From assembly GCF_001949145.1 (NCBI RefSeq), contig NW_019091355.1, positions 3,578,646-3,642,645 on the forward strand: a stretch of DNA of 64,000 bases. Reading direction: 5' to 3'. Positions 50,653 to 62,569 of the stretch are shown one piece after another. The translations under genes and the position numbers were made by a program. Each line of letters starts with the position of its first letter. Within the stretch, counting starts at the first letter, position 1. The DNA is from Acanthaster planci (lineage: Eukaryota). The notes under the pieces are model-generated. The model saw nothing but the letters and a program-made list of their open reading frames with translations. It made no database searches and was not told the DNA's origin.

Positions 50653-52154
50653 ATGCCTAAGAATGCTCTAGTCACGGTGCGATATGGGCCATATCGTGCT
50701 TGTGGCATCGTTGAACACAGAACATCACGACTAGATGGGTTACAAGGTAGGAGTCAGGACCACAACCGGATAGGCTTAGGGCCTTGGTTACGGCGCGATT
50801 AGTCAATGCGCTGCGGTTTCGCGCTTGAGGTACAGTCCGCTAATTCAAGCCCCATTGAAAACAGTGTAAAATCAGCACTGTTCAGGGCCAAATAACATGC
50901 ACGTAAACATTCCTGAGATTTCTGAAACACAAATGAAATTCTTGTCTTGTCACTAATCTTTCAATTTCTTTTCAAGTTTTTGTGCGTTAACCAATTACAT
51001 TTTTAATTATTCCCACAAAACAAAATCACCCCCCAAAAAGTGATTTTTCCGAAGTCTGATTGCAGCCATTTTTCAAGTGGCAACCCTCAACCTTCTCCGG
51101 CACTTAGGATCATTTCTCAACCATAGTTTTTAGCCATTCTGCTATTATATGAAAGCTCAAAGACCTGGCAAGGATTTACACAATCTCACCATTTTGGGGG
51201 CCAAACAATCTCCTTTTCAAAAGATACTGTGGGTTAATGCTAATGAGCTGGCCAGAAATTCTCACTTGAATTAGTGGTTTGCATCCCTAGGCACAAGTGT
51301 GGCCATGGTTATCATCAAGGATGATAATCCTATCCTGGCCAGTCCTATCCTGGTCACAACAGTGGGGCTAGATTGCACTGTGCGATAAATTAATCCTGGT
51401 CAAAATATGCAGCATTTTGTCCAGTTTCAAAATAGCCTAGTTTTTCCAGAGCTGAAAAACCAGAAAAGGTGATTGACTGATTGATTGCAGTGAGGTACAA
51501 ACTATCAGCCTGATACATGTACCACGAATGATGAAATTTATTACATCAAAATGAACATGGTCCTTCCAACCCCCAGCTCTGCTGACAGGAGATGGTCACA
51601 CAGTGGAGTTGTGCCCAATTGAGGACTGGAATGTAGTGGAACTTATCGTGAATGGAGAGATGGTATACCAGTGTGACATTACCGAGATGGACTATGGTAT
51701 GTATACATAAGAAAAGAAGAAAGTGCATGGTGTGTTCACATCAGCAACAAAAGGAACATTTGAAAGAAGAGTTTTAACTTGCACTCGGTGATAGTCCCTG
51801 CACTTTTGATATGCTGCATTTTAGTGGAGTCTACCGAGCCTTTGAGCTTGTAAGGTCTTCATATCTTTTCCATACAATTTGGACGCATTGTTCTCTTGCA
51901 GAATTAATTCGTAACACAGGGTTCAGGAGAATTCTTGAAGTCTTTCCATGACCTCTACAGAGGATAATGTGAAATACTAATTGTCAAAAACAATGACTTA
52001 AGAGTCCCAATACGTTGGCTTTTGAAGACTTGGTCTTTGCTTCACTGAAGGGGTATTTTTGCATGTGCTTGTATTTGACTTTGTTCCAGGGAGCGATGGT
52101 CAGTTGGACAAGTTGTGCCACGAAGCATTGGAAGCTGTGAGGAAGGCATTCTAG
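50653..52154 (+). CDS. C10orf53: UPF0728 protein, C10orf53 homologue; 3 exons, 92 aa (not in the ORF track)
   Basis: Exons 50653-50746, 51577-51696 and 52090-52154 (both introns phase 1) translate to MPKNALVTVRYGPYRACGIVEHRTSRLDGLQALLTGDGHTVELCPIEDWNVVELIVNGEMVYQCDITEMDYGSDGQLDKLCHEALEAVRKAF*. This resembles human C10orf53 as I recall it (MPKNAVVILRYGPY...IEDWNVVELMVNEE...GGDGKLDPLC). AATAAA at 52757-52762. Confidence 0.88.
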
Positions 52155-55100
52155 GCTGGGCGGCTGGGGAGGGGGGTTGGAACTAGGATGTGGAGTAGAG
52201 GGTATGCTGAACCTCAACAGTGGGAGAGATGAGAAGTCGTCTGCTACGTTCCGTACAAGCACATAGTTGGCTTTGCAGCGGTCCTAATTTCCGTCCCCAC
52301 AAGTATTTGCAACTTGTAGGCGAGCATGAGAAGCAATAGAATCTGTAGAAATCATCCTGACTTCAGGGAACCAGACCAGGTCAGGTACTGTGATAAAGTA
52401 TTTCACCAGGCTCCCCTTGCTGTTGCTTGCAGTGTCTCACAGCTCCATCCTTTTGGATAGGGCTAGTTTCCTACGGTGGGTTTAAATTGTGGGCTCGGGT
52501 GCACACTCGGCAACACGGACCAAGATCAAGCAGCTCCTTCAGTCTGGGCGAAACCTACAAAATCCAAACCTCCAAAGTCAAGATCTTAGAAAGGCCTGTG
52601 CAGAAGTTACTTACTGCCAGCCTAATTTTAGGAAATAATACATCTGTTTTGCCTTGTTCTTGTTCTCAACAACCAGTTTAAAAGCCAATCTATACATTTG
52701 TCACTTTCGTGTAAATATAAATGAATGTTGTAAACATATGTATATATATCACTTCAAATAAAATGAATGTGTTAGTTTTAACAAATGTTCTATTTGCATT
52801 TCTGACTCTGGTTTAGTCAGTTCCAAATTTTGAAAACATGAGATTGTCTTGCTTTCATTCCCTTCTTGACCCTAAAAAAGGCCAGTAACATGCAACTTTT
52901 GGCCTAACCAGACTTTCATGATTTCCTCTCTCGCGCATGTTGACACCTACCTTGACTGAAAGATCTTGCAAAGTGTCAAATTTTCAAACACAGGACGGTG
53001 AAAAGAAAGGACATTTTTTTCCAGCTTTGCATCCTGTGCAGGACTGCAGTGTGCGTTATGAAAGATGACTACAATCATGTTATCAGAGCAGACCCCATTT
53101 GCATGCACGCCATAGTAGAGGGGGGGGTGAATTTACTCACATGGTGAATTGCTTTTTAGCCTTTTCAGAGCAAATACATGTACTGTGCAGCTAAAATGTA
53201 CACACTAAAAGCCTCTACGCAGGTACACATACACAGATATACTACCCCCAAAAAAATCATTAAAAATGACAATAAAGCACCTTTTGCTATTTACACTTTT
53301 GTACCAACTGAACAAATTTTATTTTATCATACATATTAATTATCCGTCCATTGTACACGGAACAATTCAAAAAAAAAAAAAACCAACATACGTACATTTA
53401 ATATAACGCTGTTATGTTTACACACGGTGCAAAAAACCAAAGGAAGAGAAATACGGGAATAACTGTAACAAAAATAACTGAAGCGTTTCAAACACTTATC
53501 AAATGAGGTATAAACAAAACCGTGGCCTTCAAAACTACTAGAATCGGTTCAATATTAAATATAAAACTGCTAATAAAAAAAGAACGATTCTTTTCAAAGA
53601 ATGTTCTATAAGGATAAAGGAGAATAGTAACACTCTTTTAAAAAAAAAAGGAAAGCCTATTGCTGGTTGTCCACAATGCTTCCATCCGAAACTGTACGCT
53701 TGTTTCCCTAAAAAGTACTGGTTTAGCACGAGGAGGATAGACCGAGTATCGGCGTCAAGTGGTTGTTCTCAAGATGGTTGCCGCTGTTCTTAAAATAGAC
53801 TGATGACATCATCAGAAGCGCCCCTTTATCTGACCTGGGGTCAACTTTGTGAAAGTGACGAGGTAATTTTTGCTTTGACTTATTATTTCTCGGGTTATAT
53901 CAGTTAATGTACCTTCTATTCAGCTGGAACACATTTTTACTGCAGGTCTCCATCACAAAACTGAATTTCATTTTTGATATTCCCACACCAGTATCATCAG
54001 AGCATTTGGCTCAATTTCACGGTTCCTAGGCAACCTTAGCAACACATACAGTGACGTGTGCTCATTGCTAAGGTACTGATAATTTGTAATCGCTTCCAAA
54101 ATGGTTCGGGCTATGCAGCATCTTTTGAAAAGTCACTGACCAACTGATGCTCTGGACCATCGGTGATTCTCCCCTTTCTGGCCGGGTTTAAATTGGAAAG
54201 TAAAGCCAGCAAAATTTGTAGACAAAGTTGACAATTTCAATTTTGGCCCCAAAATACGCATTTCTTTCACAAGTTGCCCCCATATTTAGGGAAACAATGC
54301 ACGTTGCCTGAAAAGCACGAATTCTGAATGCTGACAATATCTATATAATCTTCTGCAAGTAATTAACATTAAAACACTTTCAAAAAAGAAAGGGAAAAAA
54401 GGGGGACAATTTTCCCTGTCTGCTTAAATTTTGAACCACTTTCAGATGGGGAGAGGGGTAAAAAAAAAGATATCCTTCGATTCAAAAGTTATTCTAAATT
54501 TCACTGAGATATGCACTTCAACTTTGTATTTCATGATTCATTTCAATATCAAAATACAATTGCTCTTCACGATTGGAGACAAGAAGTCAAGAATAACATT
54601 TTAGTTAAGGATGAATCCATAATTGCTGAATTTAGTCATCTTGCACATGATTTGAATTTTTCTTTCACGCACAATATGTTTTTTGACACGGAGACTCGGG
54701 ACACACATAAAAATTATAACTCTGAATGCAGACATACACTTCTTACAAAAAAATAACACGTGGTAAAAGTGGCTTTGGGAAGGGTATCTGGATAATGCAG
54801 CAAGTTCTTTTTGTACACAGAGTCATTTCTTTCCTTTACAACAATAAACCAATCAGCACTTGGAGCCCAGTTTAAAGAAATGCCGCACTGTTTGAACTAC
54901 ACCCAAAGGGGATGGTGGTCTACCCAAGCATTCCCTGATGGTATGCCGTCCAGACTGCAGCAGGCATGGGATATCTCAGGATCCATCATCATACCCGGGG
55001 TGCCAGACTACTTGAAAAGAGCCAGGCACCTGATAAACATGCATGATAATGCATGGTGACCGTATTTAATGCATTTGACTCCTGCAAGACCACTGGAAAA

Positions 55101-57311
55101 TGCACAGTCGCTGTACAACTCAGTCCATGCAATACTTGGCAGTTAAACACGTCTTACAGAACTTTGTGTCCTGTGTTTTCAGTGGAGTTCTTCAACTGAC
55201 CCGATGTATTCTTGAGATTCCAGAAAGAATCTGATAAATCAACTCAAATTTGTTTTAAAAAAACAACAACACACAAACGGTTCTGGAAGTGTTCGATTCG
55301 GATAACTTGCAAATGTTTGCTGCCCTCTGGAGTGCAAGTTATGCCAGGGAAATGCCCCAGACACATAGCATAAGATACCACTTCTCCACAGCACAGTACA
55401 AACGTTTATTCACAAATGTCTGAAATGTGACTAATTAACTGCTAAAAAAAATTGGAAAACATTAAATGGTTGACACTTATTGAATTTCTTTCTTTCCAGC
55501 TAATAACAGGCCCCTATTTCCAGTCGGTGACAAACATATGACAAACCGTTATGATTACATATAACCAAAACTGTTGACCTTCATGGGAATTTCTTTAAGC
55601 AGTCTGTCATGCCATTTTACACCACCTCTTCTCTTTCTACTCCTTCCCCCGTTTTGAATTCACATCTTCACATATAAAGTAAGTAACACTGCGCGCGCCC
55701 CCCCTTTTTTGCTCGAAGTTCTTGTGAATATTTCACAACGGCATCCCCATTATTTGCAATAGAAATCTTTGGTTTGATCTAAGGTATTTCAAGGACTGTT
55801 CCGATGACCTGATAGTAATAAACTTGAAAGCTGCATCTGGAAAAATGGAAGATCAAACGTGCTGAGCAAATTTTGGCTGGAACAACAGTCTGACTAGAAA
55901 TGTGTGAGAAAACAGTAAGTTGACTCATTTAAAGATATGAATGCTTATGTAGAAACGATCTTCAGTAACAAAGTAAAATCATTCAAACCAAACATGACCA
56001 AACTGAAAGAAATAGCTTCAAGATGACAGACTCGAGACTGAAATTCGGAAAGAAAGGAGGGCAGGTGAAACTGGTACTAGTTTTATTGTAAGAAAGGCAA
56101 TTGAAGTGTACGTCACTTTGAGTTTTTTTTTTTTTTCCTTTTGCATAAAACACATCCTTACAAACGGTATGGGGTATCGATCAAAATTACAAAATCGGAA
56201 GTAAAAACATCTGGAAAGGACTTTTCATGAAAGATCATTCGGGGACATCCAGATAGACAACATCCTGACGAATACAGCAGAGCAGTTCCATCTTGCAACA
56301 TGTACTCATGAATATGGCTGACCGGGAGAGTAGTGACATACGGGATATGGAAACGTACTCTCCTCGCGGAAACCAGTCTGAATTAATGTCAAACCGACAT
56401 CTTGGCTGACATGACCCCCTGCCCGTGGCTGTGCAAGGGCACTGTGTAACCGCACTCTGGACCACGGCGACATCCATTTCAGGTCTTCGGCACCAATACA
56501 CAAACGAGTCTCTTGCAGAATCATGCTGGCAACTCAATTTATTGGAGAGCTCCTTGGCTCTTCCCTCGTGCTTCCCAGAATGCAATGCAACAGAATACCA
56601 CAAAGTGTACATCAAAAACAGTCGCTCTAATACGGAATGGAAAAAGCCATTTCTGCGATCCCGTTATGTCGAATCAACTGAAGATCTTGTGTACAACTGC
56701 ACTGAAAACTATCCACCCACTGAAAAAAAAAATGAGGGCAACTCCTGCTGTTGATTTTCCACGGGGAAGGAAGCTCCTAGTGGGAAATTTCCACAAGCAT
56801 CACCACACTGTGGTGAGAAGAGCCTTTGCCAATGCTTACCATTTTTCCTTTGCAAAGCTCGATATGACACCCAGCTTTCCATGCGCACCAGTGCTATGTC
56901 AGTACTACATATTCCGCTATGCCAGACACCTACAATGTTTGCAGCAAGAACACATCGGACAAAAATAAAGGAAAGGGAAAAGCGTCAAGTACAGAACGAG
57001 TCTCACCTTCATTTCCTTTGAAAAACGTCACATCCCTTCGATGCACTGAATATACAGTGTACAATTCTTTATGGACAGGCTTGATTGTTTTCCCGGAGAA
57101 AATAGTCGCTAAAACATCAAGGTATCACAATCGCTTCCCGTTGCTGTTAAAAACCCAAACGATTGGCAGCTGGACGAGCGGCCAGTGGTACTTTTTCGTC
57201 GTTTTTTTTTTCCCCACTTACGTTAATTATTCACTTGATAAGTTTTCTATGTACAGTAATGGTTAATTTATGAAACAAGGTTTTTTTTCGTTTGGTACAG
57301 CTGATTAGATA

Positions 57312-59454
57312 CTACGCAGTGACCGTCGCAGATTTCATGCTGAGATCCTGGGGCATCTCCGGCGTGGGAGGCGGCCTTGACTGCGCATGGAGTTGTAAGA
57401 GTCCGTGGGGCGTCAGGCCATTGGAGAAGGCCGTGCCCCTCAACATGTCCGCCTGGGAGGTCGCGTGTGCCGCAAAGAGAGACGGCTGCGAGGGAAACAC
57501 CATCATGGGTGGTGTACTGCTGAACGACATGTGGTGACCCGAGTGCGAGATGGAAGGATGCGGGAGGTGGACTATTGTGGCAGGGGACGTCTGGGTGACC
57601 ATGGGCGACGGCGACGGGTGCAGTGTGGGCTGCTGGGTACTGGCGGCGGACGAGGCGATGGAGAACGCCTGGCTGTGAGGTGGTGGTAGGGGTGGGGGTG
57701 GGGTGGCGGTGGTGGGCGGGGCTCCGACAAGGAGGACGACGAGGAGAGTGCCCGCTCCCTGTGACTGTGGCTGCCGTTAGCCTGCTCCCCGTGATGCTGA
57801 CTGGAGGAACTAGGGACCAGGGGCTCAGAGGTTGGGGGTCGCGTTCCCTCTGACCCCTCCTTGCTTCCAAGGCTGTTGTTGGGCATCCGCTGCGGTGGGG
57901 TGGGTTGTGAAAATTCTTGTTCATCTTCACTGTCGCAACTGTCCTCTTTGTTCTGACCGTTCTCGTCTGAGCAGATGTACCGGATACACTTCTTCTTTCT
58001 CCTAATCAGTATAAGATTATAAAAAGAAACAACCATTACGAGGGGGTTGGTGTCCTAGTATAAGAAAGACTTACATTCTACAACTCACTGAATCTCTATG
58101 ATAACTATATTTTCACCTTGTGGTCTGTCGCTGCGGATAAAATCTTCAGAGCATAATGATCACTGTGTCCTATGTGAGGGAATCATCTTTGAATTACATT
58201 ACACCCACATATGTGATACGTGTATATTACAATGTCAGTGCAAAAGCAATTCATGGGGAATTGGGTTGAGGTAGTGGTTCTTTCCTCACCTTTCACCTCT
58301 GCGGCCGGGTTCAATTCTCCTACCCTGTGCACATGTGGATTGAGTTTTCAATCCCTACCCGTTTCGTCCGGTTTACCCAGAATATTCCTCTGGGGTTTTT
58401 CCTCGGGGCCACTAAACCTGAAGTGCTTTTGTCTCTCCTCTATAAGTTTCTTCAGGCTTATGAGCTGCAGTAACTGGGGTGCCTTTGAGGAATCCTCGGT
58501 TTCATGATCAGAAATACTTCATAATAATAATTTTAAAAATACAATTGAAAAATAAATGCTACTCAAAATGTGACCACAAATTCTATTTATCTGTCTTGCA
58601 ACCAATGTCTGAGTTCAGACATGGCCCAATGGCCTATTTTTATGCCTATCGGTTTTGCAAAATGATTTCTTGCTGTTTACTCAACCCCAACCCCCATGGG
58701 TCAGTTATAATTCCACAGTCACACTGCTCTTGTTGCATTGAACAGGACCCAGGGGGCTGAGGTACAACCATCAATGCCACCATGCTACTATGCTTCACAT
58801 GGAGAATAGCGCCATCTTGTGTTCAGTAATGGAGAGCTGTGATGCTGTACACAGTGAGTGCAGTCAACACAAGATATTGTGGTTGAGTGGCTGAACCACT
58901 GAACTGGCAATGATGGCCACAAATGGGCGCAAGTGAACAGTGACTTTGCACTGCCGCCTTCCATTCATATTTTTTCTTGAAAATTTATTTCGTTTTCCTT
59001 GGTTTGCTGTTATTTTACGTACAAACACTAAGAAATAACCGGGCCATTTTTCAAATGGTATATGTGGGGAAAAATGGCCGGCCCAGGGAATTTTGTAAGT
59101 GGCCTGGTTTGGATTGTTTGGCTCATACTTGTAAAAAATATGAGCAAAAATTATTCCAATACTGGACAATTTTTACTTTTTTCTTTGCAAACAAATACAT
59201 GTATATCATTAAAGCTGTATTCTCTAAGTGTTATAAACAATGACATTTACATGAAATTTTCCTTCAAAATTTAACAAAGAACATTCAAACGTTAGCAATG
59301 ATTCTTATAAAATAAAAACTTAGACTCTCAAATATCATGAATAAGGTGGAACTGAGTTTTTAAAAATACCAACTCACGCACCTGCAGGGCTTACACCAGA
59401 ATTCTTGCTGGTCGACGCCAAAGCGAGCTCGACATTTCTTTGGAGTGGACGGTT
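57312..59454 (-). CDS. TCF: 3' part of a TCF/LEF (pangolin/TCF7L2-like) transcription factor: C-clamp exon plus terminal exon; HMG-box exons presumably lie beyond the window end
   Basis: The 73-nt exon 59454-59382 encodes (E)[24 protein letters not shown] and splices to 58001 RKKKCIRYI, completing the CRARF/C-clamp. The terminal exon ends in a CtBP-binding-like PQDLS motif ([13 protein letters not shown], stop 57312-57314), but only after a 1-nt frame correction near 57700. Confidence 0.88.
58255..58430 (+). mobile_element. tRNA-derived SINE copy
   Basis: GGGTTCAATTC B-box-like motif, then GTGGATTGAGTTTTCAATCCCTAC...TCTGGGGGTTTTTCCTC; homologous to 30570-30740. Confidence 0.65.
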
Positions 59455-62454
59455 CTGAAATGATCACAAAGAACATCCATCAAACAAATGAAAGGTCCTG
59501 ACATGTTGGAGAAAAAGTCTAGAATGTTCTTGCAAATGAAAACTCCATTCATTGCCGGATCCGAGGGAGGGTGGTCATAATGGGGACCATGTCCCCCCCC
59601 CCAAATGACAGATGATTCTTTACATTTCCCTTCATTCCCAAAAAACATGGAAAGAAAAAAATCCCTCAAATTTAGCCTTACCCTGAGAAAGGCCACAAAG
59701 TGAAAAAAACAAAAAGCCATAAAGCCAAAAATTAAATAATGCAGTCTCCCTTTTGGGGGCCCTCTGAAAAATTTGTCCCCCCTCCCACACACACACACAA
59801 AATAAAAATTGGTTCCTGACCCGCCCTGAACTTTATTCAACAAAAAGTAAAATAAAACACTCCATTTCTGGAAAAAGAAAGAAAAAAACAAAAATTTCAC
59901 TGTTCATGTACATGTATGCCTTTCAAAACTATTTAAAATGTTGACCATCGTGGAGGCTTGGGTTCCAGTCTCACAGAAGTAAGATTGTGAATTTTTTCGC
60001 AAGCAATCGAACACTGAATATACACTGTCACAAGTAAACGTCGCCGGTGTAAGGGCAAAACCCATGATGCAATCAAAGTCTGGCACAGGTATCATCCTTT
60101 GCTTTCTAGTTTTGTATTCTCTGCGAGGGCCGAAGGTGGTCTACAGAATGAGACCACTCTTTGCACACCCAGGAAAAAAATGATGGAAAAGTGGATGGCC
60201 CCTGAGGAGAAGTATACAGAATGGAACAATACAATACTCATTCGCAATAGTCACGGACCGCATCATCCAACTGTTGCTGCTTAGGTATTTTGGAAACGTA
60301 CGCTGGACAGTGCTCATTAGTTACAACACGCCCCTAACCATACGCCTCATGGGTCATGGGGCTGTGCACAGCATTATATAAGCAGTTAGTACCCATCCCC
60401 CCCCCCCTTTTGCAACTGGCAAGCAAGTGTCCCAAGTTTAAAAGGTTTATTCCAAATGTAAACGGCCTGTGGTGTGAGCGATGGCTTCCCCTCCATCTTT
60501 GGCTTTGGGGGATTCCACTCGGAAGCCTTGAATCTTTGAACCACAAGACTCCGACTCCAGCATTGGGTTTTTAGTTTCAGGACTTCAGTGAATTGAACTG
60601 GCTGTGGAAAGAGAAGAATTGTGGCTTGAAATCCAGAGGCTCAAGGCCAGGGGCTTCACATCTCAAGGCCTGGGGAGCCCCTCCCCCAAGCTCAAGATTT
60701 GCAGCCTGGATCAAGGCTAACCCCCAGACATCAAGCAAGGGTGGGATTACGGAACTGACATTTATTAATGACTGCAAAAATTTGGGTAGAAGTTTAATTT
60801 TTCTCCTCTTTGATCTCTCTGTTTAGCCACAATGTTTCTCTTTTTGGACACAATGTTTCTTCCCGGCTTAGGCACGGTATCTGTGTACATTTTTACGGTA
60901 CACTGTTTTTCGACCAAACATATTTGCATGCATGATGACAAAAGTCTAGGATCAGTTTGTACACAGAAATTCCTATGTTGTAAGAACAGTCCCCTGTGTG
61001 TCAGCGAGAAGCAGGTCACTTATTAAAGCTGGGAAAAAGGCACACAAAACTGCACTCCAAAGAGTGACTTGTCGCTGTCAGGCATTTTTTTTTCAGGCAT
61101 GCAAGTGTGTACTTCTGCTCACAATGTGTTTAAGTACTGAGGAAATTCATTTAAGGGCCTCTTTAAGCATTAAAAAAGAGTCCCTGAATCATATAAGCAA
61201 TTATCCTGCCCCACTGCTGCGACAGGACAACTCAATCATCTTCCCGATGATCATGAAATAAAAATGAAACAGCTGCGGTGCACGTACAACACGAAAGCAA
61301 ATGCCCAACTCCTCCCATAGTAGCCAGCATTTAATACTGTTGTTTTATGGGAGGAGGAAGATTGGAATTTCTTCCACAGGCTGTTTAAAGCCACCATAAA
61401 CTCCTATGTGTTATAGAGCTTGAAAGTAAAAGGTCACACAGTGAGCTTCCAGAACCCTTGTGCGGTCCACCTATGGGGATTTTACATGGGGGCTGTCCTA
61501 TCACGTTGAGTAATTTTTAGAAGAATGATTTCTAACTAAAATCACCCCAAAAAATACTCTTGTTGGAATTTTACCTTTGTTTTCCTCAAGTAATATTTAG
61601 GAAAAGTCACCTGGAAATGGGTTAAAAAAACTTATTTCATTATTAACGACTTTTCACGTCCGGCGATATCGTACCCAGGTCTCCTTGTTCGTGCATGTTT
61701 GTTTTCACTCCCCCTGCTTACATGAAACTGAGATTGTACACAACATTGCAAAGATTTACGTTTCTTCATGTATTTTAGACTTAACGAGGTGATGGGTTAA
61801 TTTTTGGTAGCATACGTCCCTTTTAGTCCCAGTAATTGTTCAGTTTCTATAAATGGATACACCAGCAAATACTTACCGAAGCCGCCTTTTTAAGTTGGAT
61901 TTTTGAAGAAATAACTAAATAAAAAAGTTAAATTCTAAAATTTGTGCATGTTATTTTTCCTATCCAAGGGTTCCAGAAGCGCGCCATCAGGGCTCTATTC
62001 TGCAGCTTTCAAAATTGGGATTCCCGTTCATGACATTCTGAGTCAATTTTAAGTGAATCATTTAGGCAGCGCATGAGTTCAATTACCAGTCTCTGAGTCA
62101 CTGGGTTTGTGTTTAAGTCTGAGTCAAGAGTCATTTGGCATGAGTTCGGGTCAAGTCAGGACTCAGCTGGCTTGAGTTTGAGTGTAAGTCGAAAGTCACT
62201 GACGTCAAATCTATATCATGTGTCACTTTGTTGATATTTAAACGTCGCTTGGTTTGAGTTTGAGTCAGAGTCGAGAGTCACATTGTTTGAGTCACTGAAA
62301 TTGTGACTCAAGAGAGATTCCAATCAGAGTCCTGGTTTGATCCTGAGTATGTTCACTGTAATTCTGGCTTTAGTCCAGTTAGCATGGAGAATCATTTCAA
62401 GGCTCTTACAATTGTTTGACCTTCATGAAACTCATTTGTGGGACTACTGGCAAA

Positions 62455-62569
62455 CTCCAAGTTTGTACCAAGATGCCCTCCAAGTTTGTACCAAGATGCC
62501 CTCCAAGTTTGTACCAAGATGGCCTCCAAGTTTGTACCAAGATGCCCTCCAAGTTTGTACCAAGATGGC
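62455..62569. repeat. 23-bp tandem repeat x5 (CTCCAAGTTTGTACCAAGATGSC)
   Basis: Units start at 62455, 62478, 62501, 62524 and 62547. Confidence 0.95.

Noticed and set aside
51984..52262. Minus-strand 92-aa ORF
   Set aside because: Antisense shadow of C10orf53 exon 3 and its 3'UTR.
56235..57266. ORFs of 100-150 aa downstream of the TCF stop
   Set aside because: They fall in the presumptive TCF 3'UTR, with no recognisable domain or splice structure.
60334..60777. Possible extra TCF exons or a second C-clamp exon
   Set aside because: Candidate acceptors hit stops quickly in the required phase 1, and there is no CRARF-like motif.
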